64,000 nucleotides of DNA from Candidatus Gastranaerophilales bacterium (GCA_947588755.1 CANPZB010000002.1:7954-71953); one strand, 5' to 3'; counted from the stretch's first letter, positions 1 through 9,327 are shown. Notes: generated by a model not told the origin, from the letters alone. Translations and numbers: made by a program.

Positions 1-2
1 CC

Positions 3-671
3 TTCAGGCAGCCCGTTCGTAAAGCTGTTTACACTCCGCAAAATATTGTTACGGACAAATCCGAATCCGTAAGTAATAACACTGTCGAAAATAACGTGAA
101 TTCATTCGAAAAATCCGATTTTCCAGCGGAAAACGAAAAACCTGTCGAAAAAGAACAGGAATTTTCGCCCATGCCAAAATCAAAATCACAGGAAAATATT
201 GATATATCAGTTTTGTGGGGACAGCTTCTTTCAAATATTCAAAGTGCTCCTACACGTGCCTTGTTAAAACAGTGGGCATCTCCAGTTATAATTTCCCCTG
301 AAGATACCGTTTTAACAATTAAAAATGAAATTTTTCTGAATAAAGTTCAAGCGTCTAAGCAGACCATTCTGGATGCAGTAAATGCCTTGTTCTCACAAAG
401 CGACTCAAAAGTAACCGTAAGACTTCCGCAAAAAGATGATGAACAACCGTCAATTAAAAATGTTAATATTCCCGAACCTCAAAATAATACTCCCGCAGCG
501 GAAACCGTTCCTCAGCCGGATGAAAGTGAGGATGAGCAGGAAGATATAGAGGATGTTCGGGAAGATTTAAAAGAAAATACCAAAGCGGAAGAAAATTTAA
601 GCGAAAATAATACTCATTCAGACAATGTTAACAATATGTTAGACTTATTTGACGGAAAAATAATCGAATAG
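3..671 (+). CDS. dnaX: DNA polymerase III subunit gamma/tau, C-terminal part (5' end outside window)
   Basis: Frame 3 is open from the window edge, so the track ORF 96..671 is only the part after the first in-frame start. ISVLWGQLL..APTRALLKQWASPV..TVLTIKNEIF resembles the DnaX C-terminal domain and is followed by an acidic tail. Confidence 0.5.
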   Translation, partial: FRQPVRKAVYTPQNIVTDKSESVSNNTVENNVNSFEKSDFPAENEKPVEKEQEFSPMPKSKSQENIDISVLWGQLLSNIQSAPTRALLKQWASPVIISPEDTVLTIKNEIFLNKVQASKQTILDAVNALFSQSDSKVTVRLPQKDDEQPSIKNVNIPEPQNNTPAAETVPQPDESEDEQEDIEDVREDLKENTKAEENLSENNTHSDNVNNMLDLFDGKIIE

Positions 672-676
672 AATTT

Positions 677-2008
677 TTATTGAATTTCAACGGTATTAAA
701 TTTGAAAGCTTCAAAACTCTCCGATAAATATGTTTTTTCAAGTCCAGACGTTTGTTTAAGTTCTTCTAAAAATGTTTTCGTGTCAGGATATTTTTCCCAA
801 ATTTCAGGTAAAAAAACGGCTTGATATTTTCCGTCACGAATAATTATTCCGTCTTTATACGGCGTTATATTTTCCAAAAGTTCTTTTTCGTCGGAAAACA
901 AAATTTTTTTCGGCTTGGAAAGTAAAGAGACACTGATACTTATATTTTTAAATTCACTCAAACTTAAAGGAGGAAAATTTTTATCATTAAATGCCGCATC
1001 GTGTGCATTTTGTTTTAAATCTTCCGATAATGTTTTTTGCGGAACTGTCGTACCTTTGCGGCCGTGCGGTTTACCCGATAAATTTATTGTTACAAACGAT
1101 ATACCGTTTTGTTCAAACACGCAAGGACTGTTTACGGATTCGGGCGTTCCCAGATGAAGCCCCGACATTATGCTGTTTTTACAAATTTCTTTTACGGTAT
1201 CCGAATGATACTCTTTTATGTATTGATTTTTGTCTCCTTCATATAAAAACCAGCTTCCGTAACCTACTACCCTTGATGAATTTCCTGTTGACTGCGAGGA
1301 ATTTGTTAATCCTGTTCTGATAAATGAATATCCGTTATCTTTACAAAAATCAAGCATGGCACATATTCCCACAGCCCCGCAAGCCAATTCGACATCAAAA
1401 TTCAAGGTTTCGTTATTTTCTATCATTTTTGCGGTGTATAAATCCGTTTTTTCGGCTTGTTTTGCAGGATAAAAATGGCTTAAATCACTTGATATTATAA
1501 AACTGTTTTCCTGATTTTTTCGGAAATTTTCTATTGCCCTTTTTAAATATTTAAAATTTTCACAGCCGTACAGTATCGGAACTATTTCGGATTTCGGAAA
1601 AAGTTTTTTTATAAAAGGCAGTTGAACTTCGATACCGTATTCATTTTCAAACGCATAATTATTAATCATGCATTCACAAATCCCTGCAAACTCTTTACAC
1701 AGGTTTGTGTTTACTTTCAAATTGCCGAGTGGTGTTTCAAATTCGTCGTAAGAGCATAACACGCAGCCGAATATTTTTTCGTAATGTGCAGGCGACATAA
1801 TGAATATATTTTTTGTATTTTTGTTCAAATGACATAAGGCGTTCATTGCGGTTTTGCCGGAGTATGTGTAGCCCGCATGCGGTATAATTACCGCTCTTGT
1901 CTGATAGTCATCGTATTTATTTTCAAAATCCTTAAACATTTTCGCAAGTTCATTTTTATCTGCAGGATAAAATGTACCTGCTGCGGTCATTTTTTTGATT
2001 TTTTGCAT
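677..2008 (-). CDS. fused AmmeMemoRadiSam system protein B (Memo-like) + protein A (AMMECR1 domain)
   Basis: The N-terminal half (MTAAGTFYPADKNEL..RAVIIPHAGYTYSG) is Memo-like. The C-terminal half (ISFVTINLSGKPHGRKGT..AVFLPEIWE) is AMMECR1-like. Single uninterrupted 443-aa ORF. Confidence 0.75.
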   Translation of the reverse strand: MQKIKKMTAAGTFYPADKNELAKMFKDFENKYDDYQTRAVIIPHAGYTYSGKTAMNALCHLNKNTKNIFIMSPAHYEKIFGCVLCSYDEFETPLGNLKVNTNLCKEFAGICECMINNYAFENEYGIEVQLPFIKKLFPKSEIVPILYGCENFKYLKRAIENFRKNQENSFIISSDLSHFYPAKQAEKTDLYTAKMIENNETLNFDVELACGAVGICAMLDFCKDNGYSFIRTGLTNSSQSTGNSSRVVGYGSWFLYEGDKNQYIKEYHSDTVKEICKNSIMSGLHLGTPESVNSPCVFEQNGISFVTINLSGKPHGRKGTTVPQKTLSEDLKQNAHDAAFNDKNFPPLSLSEFKNISISVSLLSKPKKILFSDEKELLENITPYKDGIIIRDGKYQAVFLPEIWEKYPDTKTFLEELKQTSGLEKTYLSESFEAFKFNTVEIQ

Positions 2009-2035
2009 AAATATAATTATAATCCGCTTTAGCGT

Positions 2036-3094
2036 TTAAACTATAGGATAGCAGGTTAATAGAATGTCGGGCGGAAATTTTTTTATTTCGCTTATTTTAA
2101 AATTCATGCATTCATTAATATTATCTATCTTTCTGTAATTAAAACAGGATTTTGATGTGTTATCACCCGTAATTTTCGGAGCGATAAAGTGATAAATTTT
2201 ATCCGTATATTTCAAAATTTCGCCGTTTAATGTTTCTCCGCTTTCGACCAAAACACTCATTATTTTGTTGTCAAACAGCCATTTTAAAATAAATTCAAGG
2301 TCCAGTTTATTGTCGGATACCGGAGTATAAATCAGGTTAATATCACATGAGGAAAATTTGTGTTCGGTATTTTTGTATTTTTCGTCGCAAAATAAAAATA
2401 TTTTACCTGATTTATATATTTGATAATTCTTATCTGTTTTTAATTCTCTGTCGAGGATAATTTTTTTGTCGTGAAGCATTGTCGGGTTGTCTGCAATAAC
2501 GGTTGAAGCTGTAGTCAGGATTGCATCATAGTGTTTCCTTATTTTGTAAACTTCTTTTCTTGCCTTTTCCGAGGTAATCCATTTGGAAGAACCGTTTGCA
2601 CAAGCCGTTTTTCCGTCCAGTGTCGTTGCGGTTTTTATGGCTGTAAAAGTTTTATTATATTTCATGTTTTTTATAAAAACCTCATTCAACTCCAGACATT
2701 CCCGTTCGAGAACATTTTCAATAACTTCCACGCCGGCTTGTTTCAGCTTTTTTATTCCTTTGCCGGAAACTATCGGATTAACATCTTTCATGCCTATTAC
2801 AACACGCTTTATACCGCGTTCGATTATTAAATCAGTGCATGGCGGTGTTTTGCCGTAATGTGTGCAAGGCTCTAAATTTACAATTAAAGTCCCGTCTTTT
2901 TCGGCATTATTTTCGATTTTTAACAGAGCATCTCTTTCAGCATGGTTATCACCGTATTTTTTATGATAACCGGTTGATATTATTTCATTATCTTTGTTCA
3001 AAACTATGCAGCCTACCAGAGGATTTGGAGAAACATGCCCTTCCCCTTTTTTAGCAAGTTTTATACATTTTTTCATCAAATTGTCATATTGCAT
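2036..3094 (-). CDS. ribD: bifunctional riboflavin biosynthesis deaminase/reductase RibD
   Basis: Cytidine-deaminase zinc motifs HAERDAL and LEPCTHYGKTPPC, followed by a reductase half (TLDGKTA..). 352 aa. Confidence 0.9.
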   Translation of the reverse strand: MQYDNLMKKCIKLAKKGEGHVSPNPLVGCIVLNKDNEIISTGYHKKYGDNHAERDALLKIENNAEKDGTLIVNLEPCTHYGKTPPCTDLIIERGIKRVVIGMKDVNPIVSGKGIKKLKQAGVEVIENVLERECLELNEVFIKNMKYNKTFTAIKTATTLDGKTACANGSSKWITSEKARKEVYKIRKHYDAILTTASTVIADNPTMLHDKKIILDRELKTDKNYQIYKSGKIFLFCDEKYKNTEHKFSSCDINLIYTPVSDNKLDLEFILKWLFDNKIMSVLVESGETLNGEILKYTDKIYHFIAPKITGDNTSKSCFNYRKIDNINECMNFKISEIKKFPPDILLTCYPIV

Positions 3095-3153
3095 AGTTGT
3101 ATTTTACATTAAAATTTGTTATATTTATACAAGAAAAATTGAGGGAGTTTAAT

Positions 3154-3813
3154 ATGGATTTAAAATATATAGGTCACAGTGCTTTTGAAATTAAAACAAA
3201 TAACAAAACGATATTGGTTGATCCGTTTGTTTCAGTTAATCCCAAGTATAACTGGCATGATTATGAAATAAATGATATTTTTGTAACCCATGCTCATGCC
3301 GACCATTTAGGTGCTGCCATTGAAATATCCAAAGAAAAAAATGCTCCCGTTACCGCAGTTGTTGAACTTGCTCAATATTTTGAAAAACAAGGGTGCAGAG
3401 CAAACGGTATAAATTTCGGTGCCTGGTTAAAGTATGAATGGGGTAATGCTTTGTTTTATCCCGCATTTCATACATCTTCTTTGCCGGACGGAGGTTACGG
3501 CGGCATGGCGGCAAGTATTATTTTCGATATAGAAAATGTGAGAATTTTCCATGCAGGAGATACTTGTCTGACAGGCGAAATGAAAACAATAAAAGAACTT
3601 TATGCTCCCGAAATCGCTCTGCTGCCTATTGGCGGTCATTATACAATGGATGTTGAACATGCCGCAGTCGCTGCTAAATGGCTTGGTGCAAAAACTGTTA
3701 TACCCATGCATTACAATACTTTCCCTAATATTCAGGCCGATTTGGAAAAATTTACCCGCCTTGTCTGTTCTGATAACAGAAATGTTGCGGTTTTAAATCC
3801 AAATGAAATATAG
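3154..3813 (+). CDS. UPF0173-type metal-dependent hydrolase (metallo-beta-lactamase fold)
   Basis: MDLKYIGHSAFEIKTNNKTILVDPF and the THAHADH metal motif. A GAGGGAG RBS sits just upstream of ATG 3154. The track start 3097 is an upstream TTG without RBS. Confidence 0.8.
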   Translation: MDLKYIGHSAFEIKTNNKTILVDPFVSVNPKYNWHDYEINDIFVTHAHADHLGAAIEISKEKNAPVTAVVELAQYFEKQGCRANGINFGAWLKYEWGNALFYPAFHTSSLPDGGYGGMAASIIFDIENVRIFHAGDTCLTGEMKTIKELYAPEIALLPIGGHYTMDVEHAAVAAKWLGAKTVIPMHYNTFPNIQADLEKFTRLVCSDNRNVAVLNPNEI

Positions 3814-3934
3814 TACTTAACAAATAGAAAAAATTTTTGAAATCTATTTACAAATTATTTTTTTATGCTATAATCATTTTGAAAAAGATTTAATAATATT
3901 TTAGTATTAAATGAAAAATTAAAGGAGTTAGAGA

Positions 3935-5221
3935 ATGAAAAAATTTTTAGCCGGCCTTATGACATTCAGTTTTATCGCATTTAATACAGTTCCTGTATTT
4001 GCTGCGGTAAGTATTTCTGATGTCGGCCAAAACTACTGGGCAAAAACTGAAATTGTAGAAGTTGTTGAAGATGGTATTATGAGTGTTGATTCTTCAAACC
4101 GTTTCGCACCGGAAGAAGTAATGACCCGTGTAGAATTTGTTAAAGCTTTATTGAAAGTTTTGACAAATGACAATTTGGACGTAACAATTAAAAATCAATT
4201 CTCGGATGTTTCAAAAGCAAATCCGGATTATGACAACATTTTACGTTCTCAACAGTTAGGTTTGGTTTACGGTTATCCCAACGGTACTTTCCAACCCGGA
4301 AAAAATATGTTAAGATCTGAAGCTCAATCCGTAATCAGCCATATCACTAAGGATGCTACTACTGATACTTCCGTATTATCTCAATTTACGGATGCTGCAG
4401 CTGTTCCTACCTGGGCTAAAAAAGTCTATGCAAAAACTATAGGTTACGGTATTTATGTAAACTATCCCGATACAAGAGAATTGAGACCTTCAGACTGTCT
4501 TACAAGAGCAGAAGCTGCTGTTCTCCTTGCAAGATTAAAAGACAGATTAGGTCTTGTTAAAAAAGAATACCTCGGTTCTGATGCAATTCTTGCAGTAGAA
4601 CACTTGGATAAAGTAAGCAGAAAAGTTAAAAATGATGTTGTTAACATTACTGAAAGAAGCAATGTAATTACTAAAGACAATGTTATCCTTGTTGCATTTG
4701 ATGAAAAATTCAAACAAAAATTGAGTGCTACTGGTGATGTTGTTTCTTTCGTTGCACCTGAAGACCTTTATACTCAGGAAGGTACTTTGGTAATCCCTGC
4801 TAATTCTAAATTTACAGGCAAAGTTATCGATGTCACAAACCCGAAATGGTTCAACAAAAACGGTAGAGTTTACATTCAATTAGAACAACTTGTATTACCT
4901 TCAGGTCAAGTTTCTAAATTCTGTGCTAAACCTTTCTACAAAAATTATGAACTTAAAGAAGGTCCTTGGATGACAGCAGGTAAAATCTTACTTTACACTG
5001 TAAGCGGCGGTGCTGTTGGTACAGGTGCAGGTGTAGGTTTTGCCTTCATACCTGATCCTACAAAAATCGGTACAGGTATTGCTATCGGTGCTCCTGTAGG
5101 TGCTGCTGTCGGTTTAGTTACAGGTTTGGTAACTCCCGGCTTGAACTACAACGCTAAGAAAGGCGAAGAAATCGAAGTTATATTACTTGAAGATGCAAGT
5201 ATTGCAAAACAAGCTTTATAA
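3935..5221 (+). CDS. SLH-domain envelope protein with signal peptide and C-terminal Gly/Ala-rich hydrophobic segment
   Basis: Signal peptide MKKFLAGLMTFSFIAFNTVPVFA. Three SLH-like repeats (..NRFAPEEVMTRVEFVKAL.., ..FSDVSKANPDYDNI..GYPNGTFQPGKNMLRSEA.., ..LRPSDCLTRAEAAVLLARL). C-terminal GGAVGTGAGVGFAF..GIAIGAPVGAAVGLVTGLV. AAAGGAG RBS. Confidence 0.8.
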   Translation: MKKFLAGLMTFSFIAFNTVPVFAAVSISDVGQNYWAKTEIVEVVEDGIMSVDSSNRFAPEEVMTRVEFVKALLKVLTNDNLDVTIKNQFSDVSKANPDYDNILRSQQLGLVYGYPNGTFQPGKNMLRSEAQSVISHITKDATTDTSVLSQFTDAAAVPTWAKKVYAKTIGYGIYVNYPDTRELRPSDCLTRAEAAVLLARLKDRLGLVKKEYLGSDAILAVEHLDKVSRKVKNDVVNITERSNVITKDNVILVAFDEKFKQKLSATGDVVSFVAPEDLYTQEGTLVIPANSKFTGKVIDVTNPKWFNKNGRVYIQLEQLVLPSGQVSKFCAKPFYKNYELKEGPWMTAGKILLYTVSGGAVGTGAGVGFAFIPDPTKIGTGIAIGAPVGAAVGLVTGLVTPGLNYNAKKGEEIEVILLEDASIAKQAL

Positions 5222-5242
5222 TCTGTGATTTAAAAATAAACT

Positions 5243-5282
5243 GATAAGGGTACTACCTTCGGGTTAGTACCCTTATCTTTTT
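5243..5282 (+). terminator. rho-independent terminator after SLH gene
   Basis: 13-bp stem GATAAGGGTACTA / TAGTACCCTTATC with a 9-nt loop, followed by a T-run. Confidence 0.75.
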
Positions 5283-5370
5283 GTATCTCGTATTAAAGAT
5301 TAAAGACGATTACAATAATTGTGTAAATATCAATTTTACTTGTTTTAGTTATTAATTATGGGAGTACATT

Positions 5371-5742
5371 ATGAAAAAATTGTTTATTTCATTAGCTTTA
5401 ATCGGTGCGGTTGCATTTTCTTCTCAGGGAGCGTTTGCGGCATGGGAAGGTATTCAGTCCTTAAATCCTTTACCTTACCTGTCATACTTAAATCCGCTGC
5501 CATACTTCGGAATTGGTGAAAATAAAACCAATTTCAGCTTAAATCCTTTTAAAGGATTTAAAAATTGTGACAAATGTCAGGTAAGAAAGACAGAATGTAA
5601 TACTTGTACGGGTGCTGCCGCTCCGATATGTCCTAATTGTGTTAAAACATTTAATAATCAATGTTCACAATGCGGTAAAATTCCGGCTCCGAGAATTTAT
5701 GTACAGCAGCCGACCTGCCCTTGTATGAAAAACAGATACTAA
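5371..5742 (+). CDS. small secreted cysteine-rich protein (hypothetical)
   Basis: Signal peptide MKKLFISLALIGAVAFSSQGAFA. NPLPY repeats, then four CxxC pairs (CDKC, CNTC, CPNC, CSQC) plus CPC. GGGAG RBS. Confidence 0.65.
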   Translation: MKKLFISLALIGAVAFSSQGAFAAWEGIQSLNPLPYLSYLNPLPYFGIGENKTNFSLNPFKGFKNCDKCQVRKTECNTCTGAAAPICPNCVKTFNNQCSQCGKIPAPRIYVQQPTCPCMKNRY

Positions 5743-5764
5743 AAACTCAGCCCTCCATTATTTT

Positions 5765-5793
5765 AAAAGCCGTCTGTTGACGGCTTTTTTTTT
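5765..5793. terminator. bidirectional rho-independent terminator
   Basis: GCCGTC-TGTT-GACGGC hairpin flanked by an A-run and a T-run, between convergent genes. Confidence 0.7.
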
Positions 5794-6628
5794 ATAAATC
5801 CATATTTTTCAGTGTAACAAATATTTTATCAGTAATTTTTCTTATGTACTCCTGGCTTACCATTCCGTTTATAACTGCGTCAGAAATCTCATAAGCGGGG
5901 CGGATATACTGTTGAGCCGTTTTGTTAACATCTTGGAACTGTAAATCTGCGGCTTTCCCTGTTTTTCCTCTCAGAGCAGCTCTTTTGTACCATCTTTCTT
6001 TTATTACTTCAAGCGGGGTAAAGACGTAAACTTTAACGTCCATTATTTCGCGTAAACCTTCGTTAAGAACGTATAACCCTTCCGTTAATAATACTTTTGC
6101 GGGCTTTTTAACATCTCCGTCAGGGTCTGATTTGCATGTTACAAAATCATATTTCGGAGAAACGATTTCCACTCCGTTTTTCAAGTTGATTAGATGTTCT
6201 TTCATTAAATCAAGGTTAATAGCCTTCGGGGTGTCAAAGCTAAATCCCGTCTTGAATAATTCTTCGTAACTTCCCGCTTCTTCCAATTCTTTGGAAGTGT
6301 CTTTGTAGTAATCATCGCATCTTATAACTGTGTATATGCCTTCTTTTTTGCTTTTTACACAGGCATTAATCGTGTTATCAACAAAAACCGTTTTCCCCGA
6401 GGCACTTTCACCGGTTATTCCGATAAGAAATGTCTTTTTCTTTTCCTGAACGACTTTTCGTGCGATATTCATTATTAAATTGTCGGATATTTTCAAAAAT
6501 AGCGGTTGAACTTCTTTTTTATCTTCTTCCAAAATCTTTTTCAGAGCATCAACAATACTTGATATTACTTCCATATCGCGTCTGTTTGAATAGTAGTCAT
6601 AACTTGTTAATTTGAAATCATTGCTCAT
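5792..6628 (-). CDS. udk: uridine kinase / phosphoribulokinase-family P-loop kinase
   Basis: P-loop GITGESASGKTVF. Udk-like blocks IRCDDYYKD, FDTPKAINLDL, SPKYDF and LLTEGLYVL. About 60-aa N-terminal extension. Confidence 0.65.
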   Translation of the reverse strand: MSNDFKLTSYDYYSNRRDMEVISSIVDALKKILEEDKKEVQPLFLKISDNLIMNIARKVVQEKKKTFLIGITGESASGKTVFVDNTINACVKSKKEGIYTVIRCDDYYKDTSKELEEAGSYEELFKTGFSFDTPKAINLDLMKEHLINLKNGVEIVSPKYDFVTCKSDPDGDVKKPAKVLLTEGLYVLNEGLREIMDVKVYVFTPLEVIKERWYKRAALRGKTGKAADLQFQDVNKTAQQYIRPAYEISDAVINGMVSQEYIRKITDKIFVTLKNMDL

Positions 6629-6787
6629 ACTTCAATATTTCCCCGCAACTCCTTATTCTTTATATTTTACTGTAAAGTTGTTATAATATCTTACAATAAT
6701 GAATTTTTGTAACAATATTTTTTAAATTATTAAAGAAATTAAAAAATTTGCCGATATATTTCATGTAAAGAAAAAGAGGAGTATGTT

Positions 6788-6961
6788 ATGTATCATGACA
6801 AAATTTTTGAAAATGCGTTGAGTGAAGTTAAAAACGAAGGCTATACGGCTTTAAAAAATGAAATAGGTGCTATGGAAACCTTAATCGAAAAGTTTTTAAC
6901 AAAAATATTTGAATCTACTTCGGGTATATCGGAAAGAGATTTCAATTTAACTTCAATGTAA
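6788..6961 (+). CDS. small hypothetical protein (57 aa, below the ORF-track cutoff)
   Basis: Hand translation MYHDKIFENALSEVKNEGYTALKNEIGAMETLIEKFLTKIFESTSGISERDFNLTSM. AGAGGAG RBS 6 nt upstream of the ATG. A terminator hairpin follows directly after the stop. Confidence 0.5.
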   Translation: MYHDKIFENALSEVKNEGYTALKNEIGAMETLIEKFLTKIFESTSGISERDFNLTSM

Positions 6962-6987
6962 AAAAGCCTCAATGAGGCTTTTTTTTA
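6961..6987. terminator. bidirectional rho-independent terminator
   Basis: AGCCTC-AAT-GAGGCT hairpin with a flanking A-run and T-run, between the 57-aa ORF and the convergent 409-aa gene. Confidence 0.65.
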
Positions 6988-8217
6988 TTATGAATGTTTT
7001 TTCTTTGATTTTTCTTCTTTTTCGTAAATTTCAGCTAATTGGTTAAAGTTGTATATTGCTGCTTGTGTGTTAAGGTCAGGGTTTACTTTGTTTTCTTCAA
7101 TTCTTTTTGCCGTAAGGCTCAAGATTTTTTTTGCATTATCAGGACTTTTTATGGCTTCATTAGCTGCCTGAATAGATTGTTTTTCCATGTGTCTTTCAAG
7201 TTCTGTCGGGCCTAATGCTTTGTTAAGGCATTTTCTTGTCAGATAACTTGTTGCAAATCCTGCCGCAACTCCTATAAATCCGCCTATAGCCGTACCTATT
7301 GCCGTTCCTATCGGGCCGCCTATTGCTGTTCCTATCGTTGCTCCGATTTTTGCACCAGCAATTCCTCCGACTTTCATACCGACTGCAAAGCTTGCCGCTT
7401 CGGCACCGGCAGTTAAAGCGGCTCTGCCGAGTTGTCTTGTACCTGCCGCACTTCCGCATGTTTTGTATGTTTTAACTATTTCAGGTGTTTGTGCCGCAAA
7501 TGCTATTGCCGCATAAAGTCCGTTACCGCCTTTTAAAAGTTTGGTGCTTTTTCTGAACAACGGTGAACTTACTGATTTTTCCGCTATTTTTTTATTCAAA
7601 TAATTATAGCCTGTATATTTTTTAACCGAAGCTAACGCTTTTCCTCTTAAAGTTACAGGCTTGATTAAACCTGCTTCTTTTGCCTTAATAACATCCAAAT
7701 TGGCTTTTGCTACCGCTTCATCGATTTTGTTCAAATATCCTTTAAGTTCAGTACCTTTTGCGGATTTTGCTTCTTCTATCAATGTTCTGACATCTTTGTA
7801 ATATTCTGATTTTGCCAATTTATTGTTGAATTTAAGAATATTATTAGGACTCATTTTTTTCATTTCTTCGGGTGTAAGTCTTTTAATTTCCGAATATTTG
7901 CCTGCAAGACTTTCTATTTCCCCGTTTCTTTCTAAGTAAAGTGCATTTTTAAATATATTGTTGCTTTTAATTTGTTGTTTTCTCAATTTTCTAAGTTCTG
8001 CAGCTTTTTTTAATTCTTCCCAGGCATTGGAATAATTTCCCTTATTTGAAATAAGCCAGTTACCGCCTTTTAAAGCTTCACCGCCAAGGCAGAGAGTGCC
8101 AGCAAATGCTATATCCCGACCGATTGACCCCTGCTCAACTCCTGTCAGACTTCCGCCTAACCCGTAGTAGGCTGCTTTTCTGTATAATTCATGTAACTGA
8201 ACAGTGTTTACTGACAT
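6988..8217 (-). CDS. hypothetical membrane protein with long glycine-zipper segment
   Basis: 409-aa ORF. K/E-rich helical N-part, then GGIAGAKIGATIGTAIGGPIGTAIGTAIGGFIGVAAGFA (about nt 7252-7368), then a polar C-terminus. No signal peptide. N-terminus resembles the next gene. Confidence 0.7.
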   Translation of the reverse strand: MSVNTVQLHELYRKAAYYGLGGSLTGVEQGSIGRDIAFAGTLCLGGEALKGGNWLISNKGNYSNAWEELKKAAELRKLRKQQIKSNNIFKNALYLERNGEIESLAGKYSEIKRLTPEEMKKMSPNNILKFNNKLAKSEYYKDVRTLIEEAKSAKGTELKGYLNKIDEAVAKANLDVIKAKEAGLIKPVTLRGKALASVKKYTGYNYLNKKIAEKSVSSPLFRKSTKLLKGGNGLYAAIAFAAQTPEIVKTYKTCGSAAGTRQLGRAALTAGAEAASFAVGMKVGGIAGAKIGATIGTAIGGPIGTAIGTAIGGFIGVAAGFATSYLTRKCLNKALGPTELERHMEKQSIQAANEAIKSPDNAKKILSLTAKRIEENKVNPDLNTQAAIYNFNQLAEIYEKEEKSKKKHS

Positions 8218-8321
8218 TTTCTATATCTTTCCCCGTTAATTTATTTAATATCCCCTTATATAATATATAAAAAATTTTATCGGTTAATTATTGCTTATTC
8301 CGAAAGAAATGTTAACAAATG

Positions 8322-8357
8322 TAAAAAACAGGTACTGTATAATACCTGTTTTTTTAA
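8322..8357 (-). terminator. rho-independent terminator downstream of 8376..9200
   Basis: AACAGGTA / TACCTGTT 8-bp stem flanked by an A-run and a T-run. Confidence 0.65.
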
Positions 8358-8375
8358 GTTATTTATTGCTTTAAT

Positions 8376-9200
8376 TTAAACATAAGTGTTCAAATTGAGT
8401 CCGTAGCCGCCGGCAAGAGCATTTTGTATCTGCATTAACTGTTCTTTTGTCATTGTCGGATTGTATATAGACGGGTCAAACATATTAAATGAAGTATTAT
8501 TTACATTTGATGTGTTGTTATTGTTCACGTTATTTGCGTTTTTAGCTTCTGCAGTGCGTTCGGAATAACTTTTCCCGACTATTTTTCTTGTAATTAAATC
8601 ACCGATTATGTAACCTACGGGTGCTCCCAGCGGCCCTAAAAGTGCTGCAGCTATTGTACCGAGAACCATGCCGCCGCCAAGTCTTGCACCTGCCTTTACG
8701 ACTTCAGCCATACCGGATACAATGCCTTCATTTGCCGTTGCTTTAATTATATTCGGAATTTCCGTTAAAACTATTAACGCAGTACCTATTAAAGGCAATC
8801 TTTTTCCAAGACCTTTAAAAAATCCTTTTGTTCCGCCCCAGAATTGATTTTTTCCTGCTTTAGCGGCTTGTTTGCTTCCTTCTTTTACGGCTTTGCGTAT
8901 TACTTCGGGAGTGGTTTTTATTGCTTCCTTTGTACTTTTCCAAAAACCGCCATGTTCTTTAATTAATGTTTCATTATGTCTTTCGCCTGCTTTGAAAGCA
9001 TCTTTAAGCTGTGTCCAAAAATCTTTGAAATATTTCCCGCCTGTTCTTTTACCTGCGCCTTTTTTAACACCGTAAAAAGAGTCTTTTAAGGTTTGTGTTA
9101 CCGTTTCCGCACCCGTTCCCAGAACCAAATCAGGATAAAGTCGTAATGCTTTTTTACCGTAATGTGAAATATCGTTTAATGTAACAGAACCGATACCCAT
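8376..9200 (-). CDS. hypothetical membrane protein with hydrophobic helix plus Gly/Ala zipper, N-rich tail
   Basis: 274-aa ORF with LPLIGTALIVLTEIPNII and GARLGGGMVLGTIAAALLGPLGAPVGYIIGDLI. Asn-rich C-terminus. N-terminus MGIGSVTLNDISHYGKKA.. parallels MSVNTVQLHELYRKAA.. of the neighbouring gene. Confidence 0.7.
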   Translation of the reverse strand: MGIGSVTLNDISHYGKKALRLYPDLVLGTGAETVTQTLKDSFYGVKKGAGKRTGGKYFKDFWTQLKDAFKAGERHNETLIKEHGGFWKSTKEAIKTTPEVIRKAVKEGSKQAAKAGKNQFWGGTKGFFKGLGKRLPLIGTALIVLTEIPNIIKATANEGIVSGMAEVVKAGARLGGGMVLGTIAAALLGPLGAPVGYIIGDLITRKIVGKSYSERTAEAKNANNVNNNNTSNVNNTSFNMFDPSIYNPTMTKEQLMQIQNALAGGYGLNLNTYV

Positions 9201-9327
9201 AATCTACCTACTTTAATTTTATAACCTACCTTATATTTATAAAAAAATTTTTCTTTATTAAATTGCCTGAAAAAAATATTTTGTTAACAATTCGTAATAT
9301 TTTTTAGTTTACAAATGCGGCAAAAAA

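Noticed and set aside
7223-7459. R/C/N-rich 78-aa ORF and similar same-strand or antisense overlapping ORFs in the track (e.g. 915-1320, 2531-3054, 22281-22535, 38312-38645, 47425-47925, 59571-60262)
   Set aside because: All are fully embedded in longer ORFs with clear homology or better coding character. Their odd compositions are out-of-frame echoes of glycine-zipper or acidic repeats. None has an RBS.
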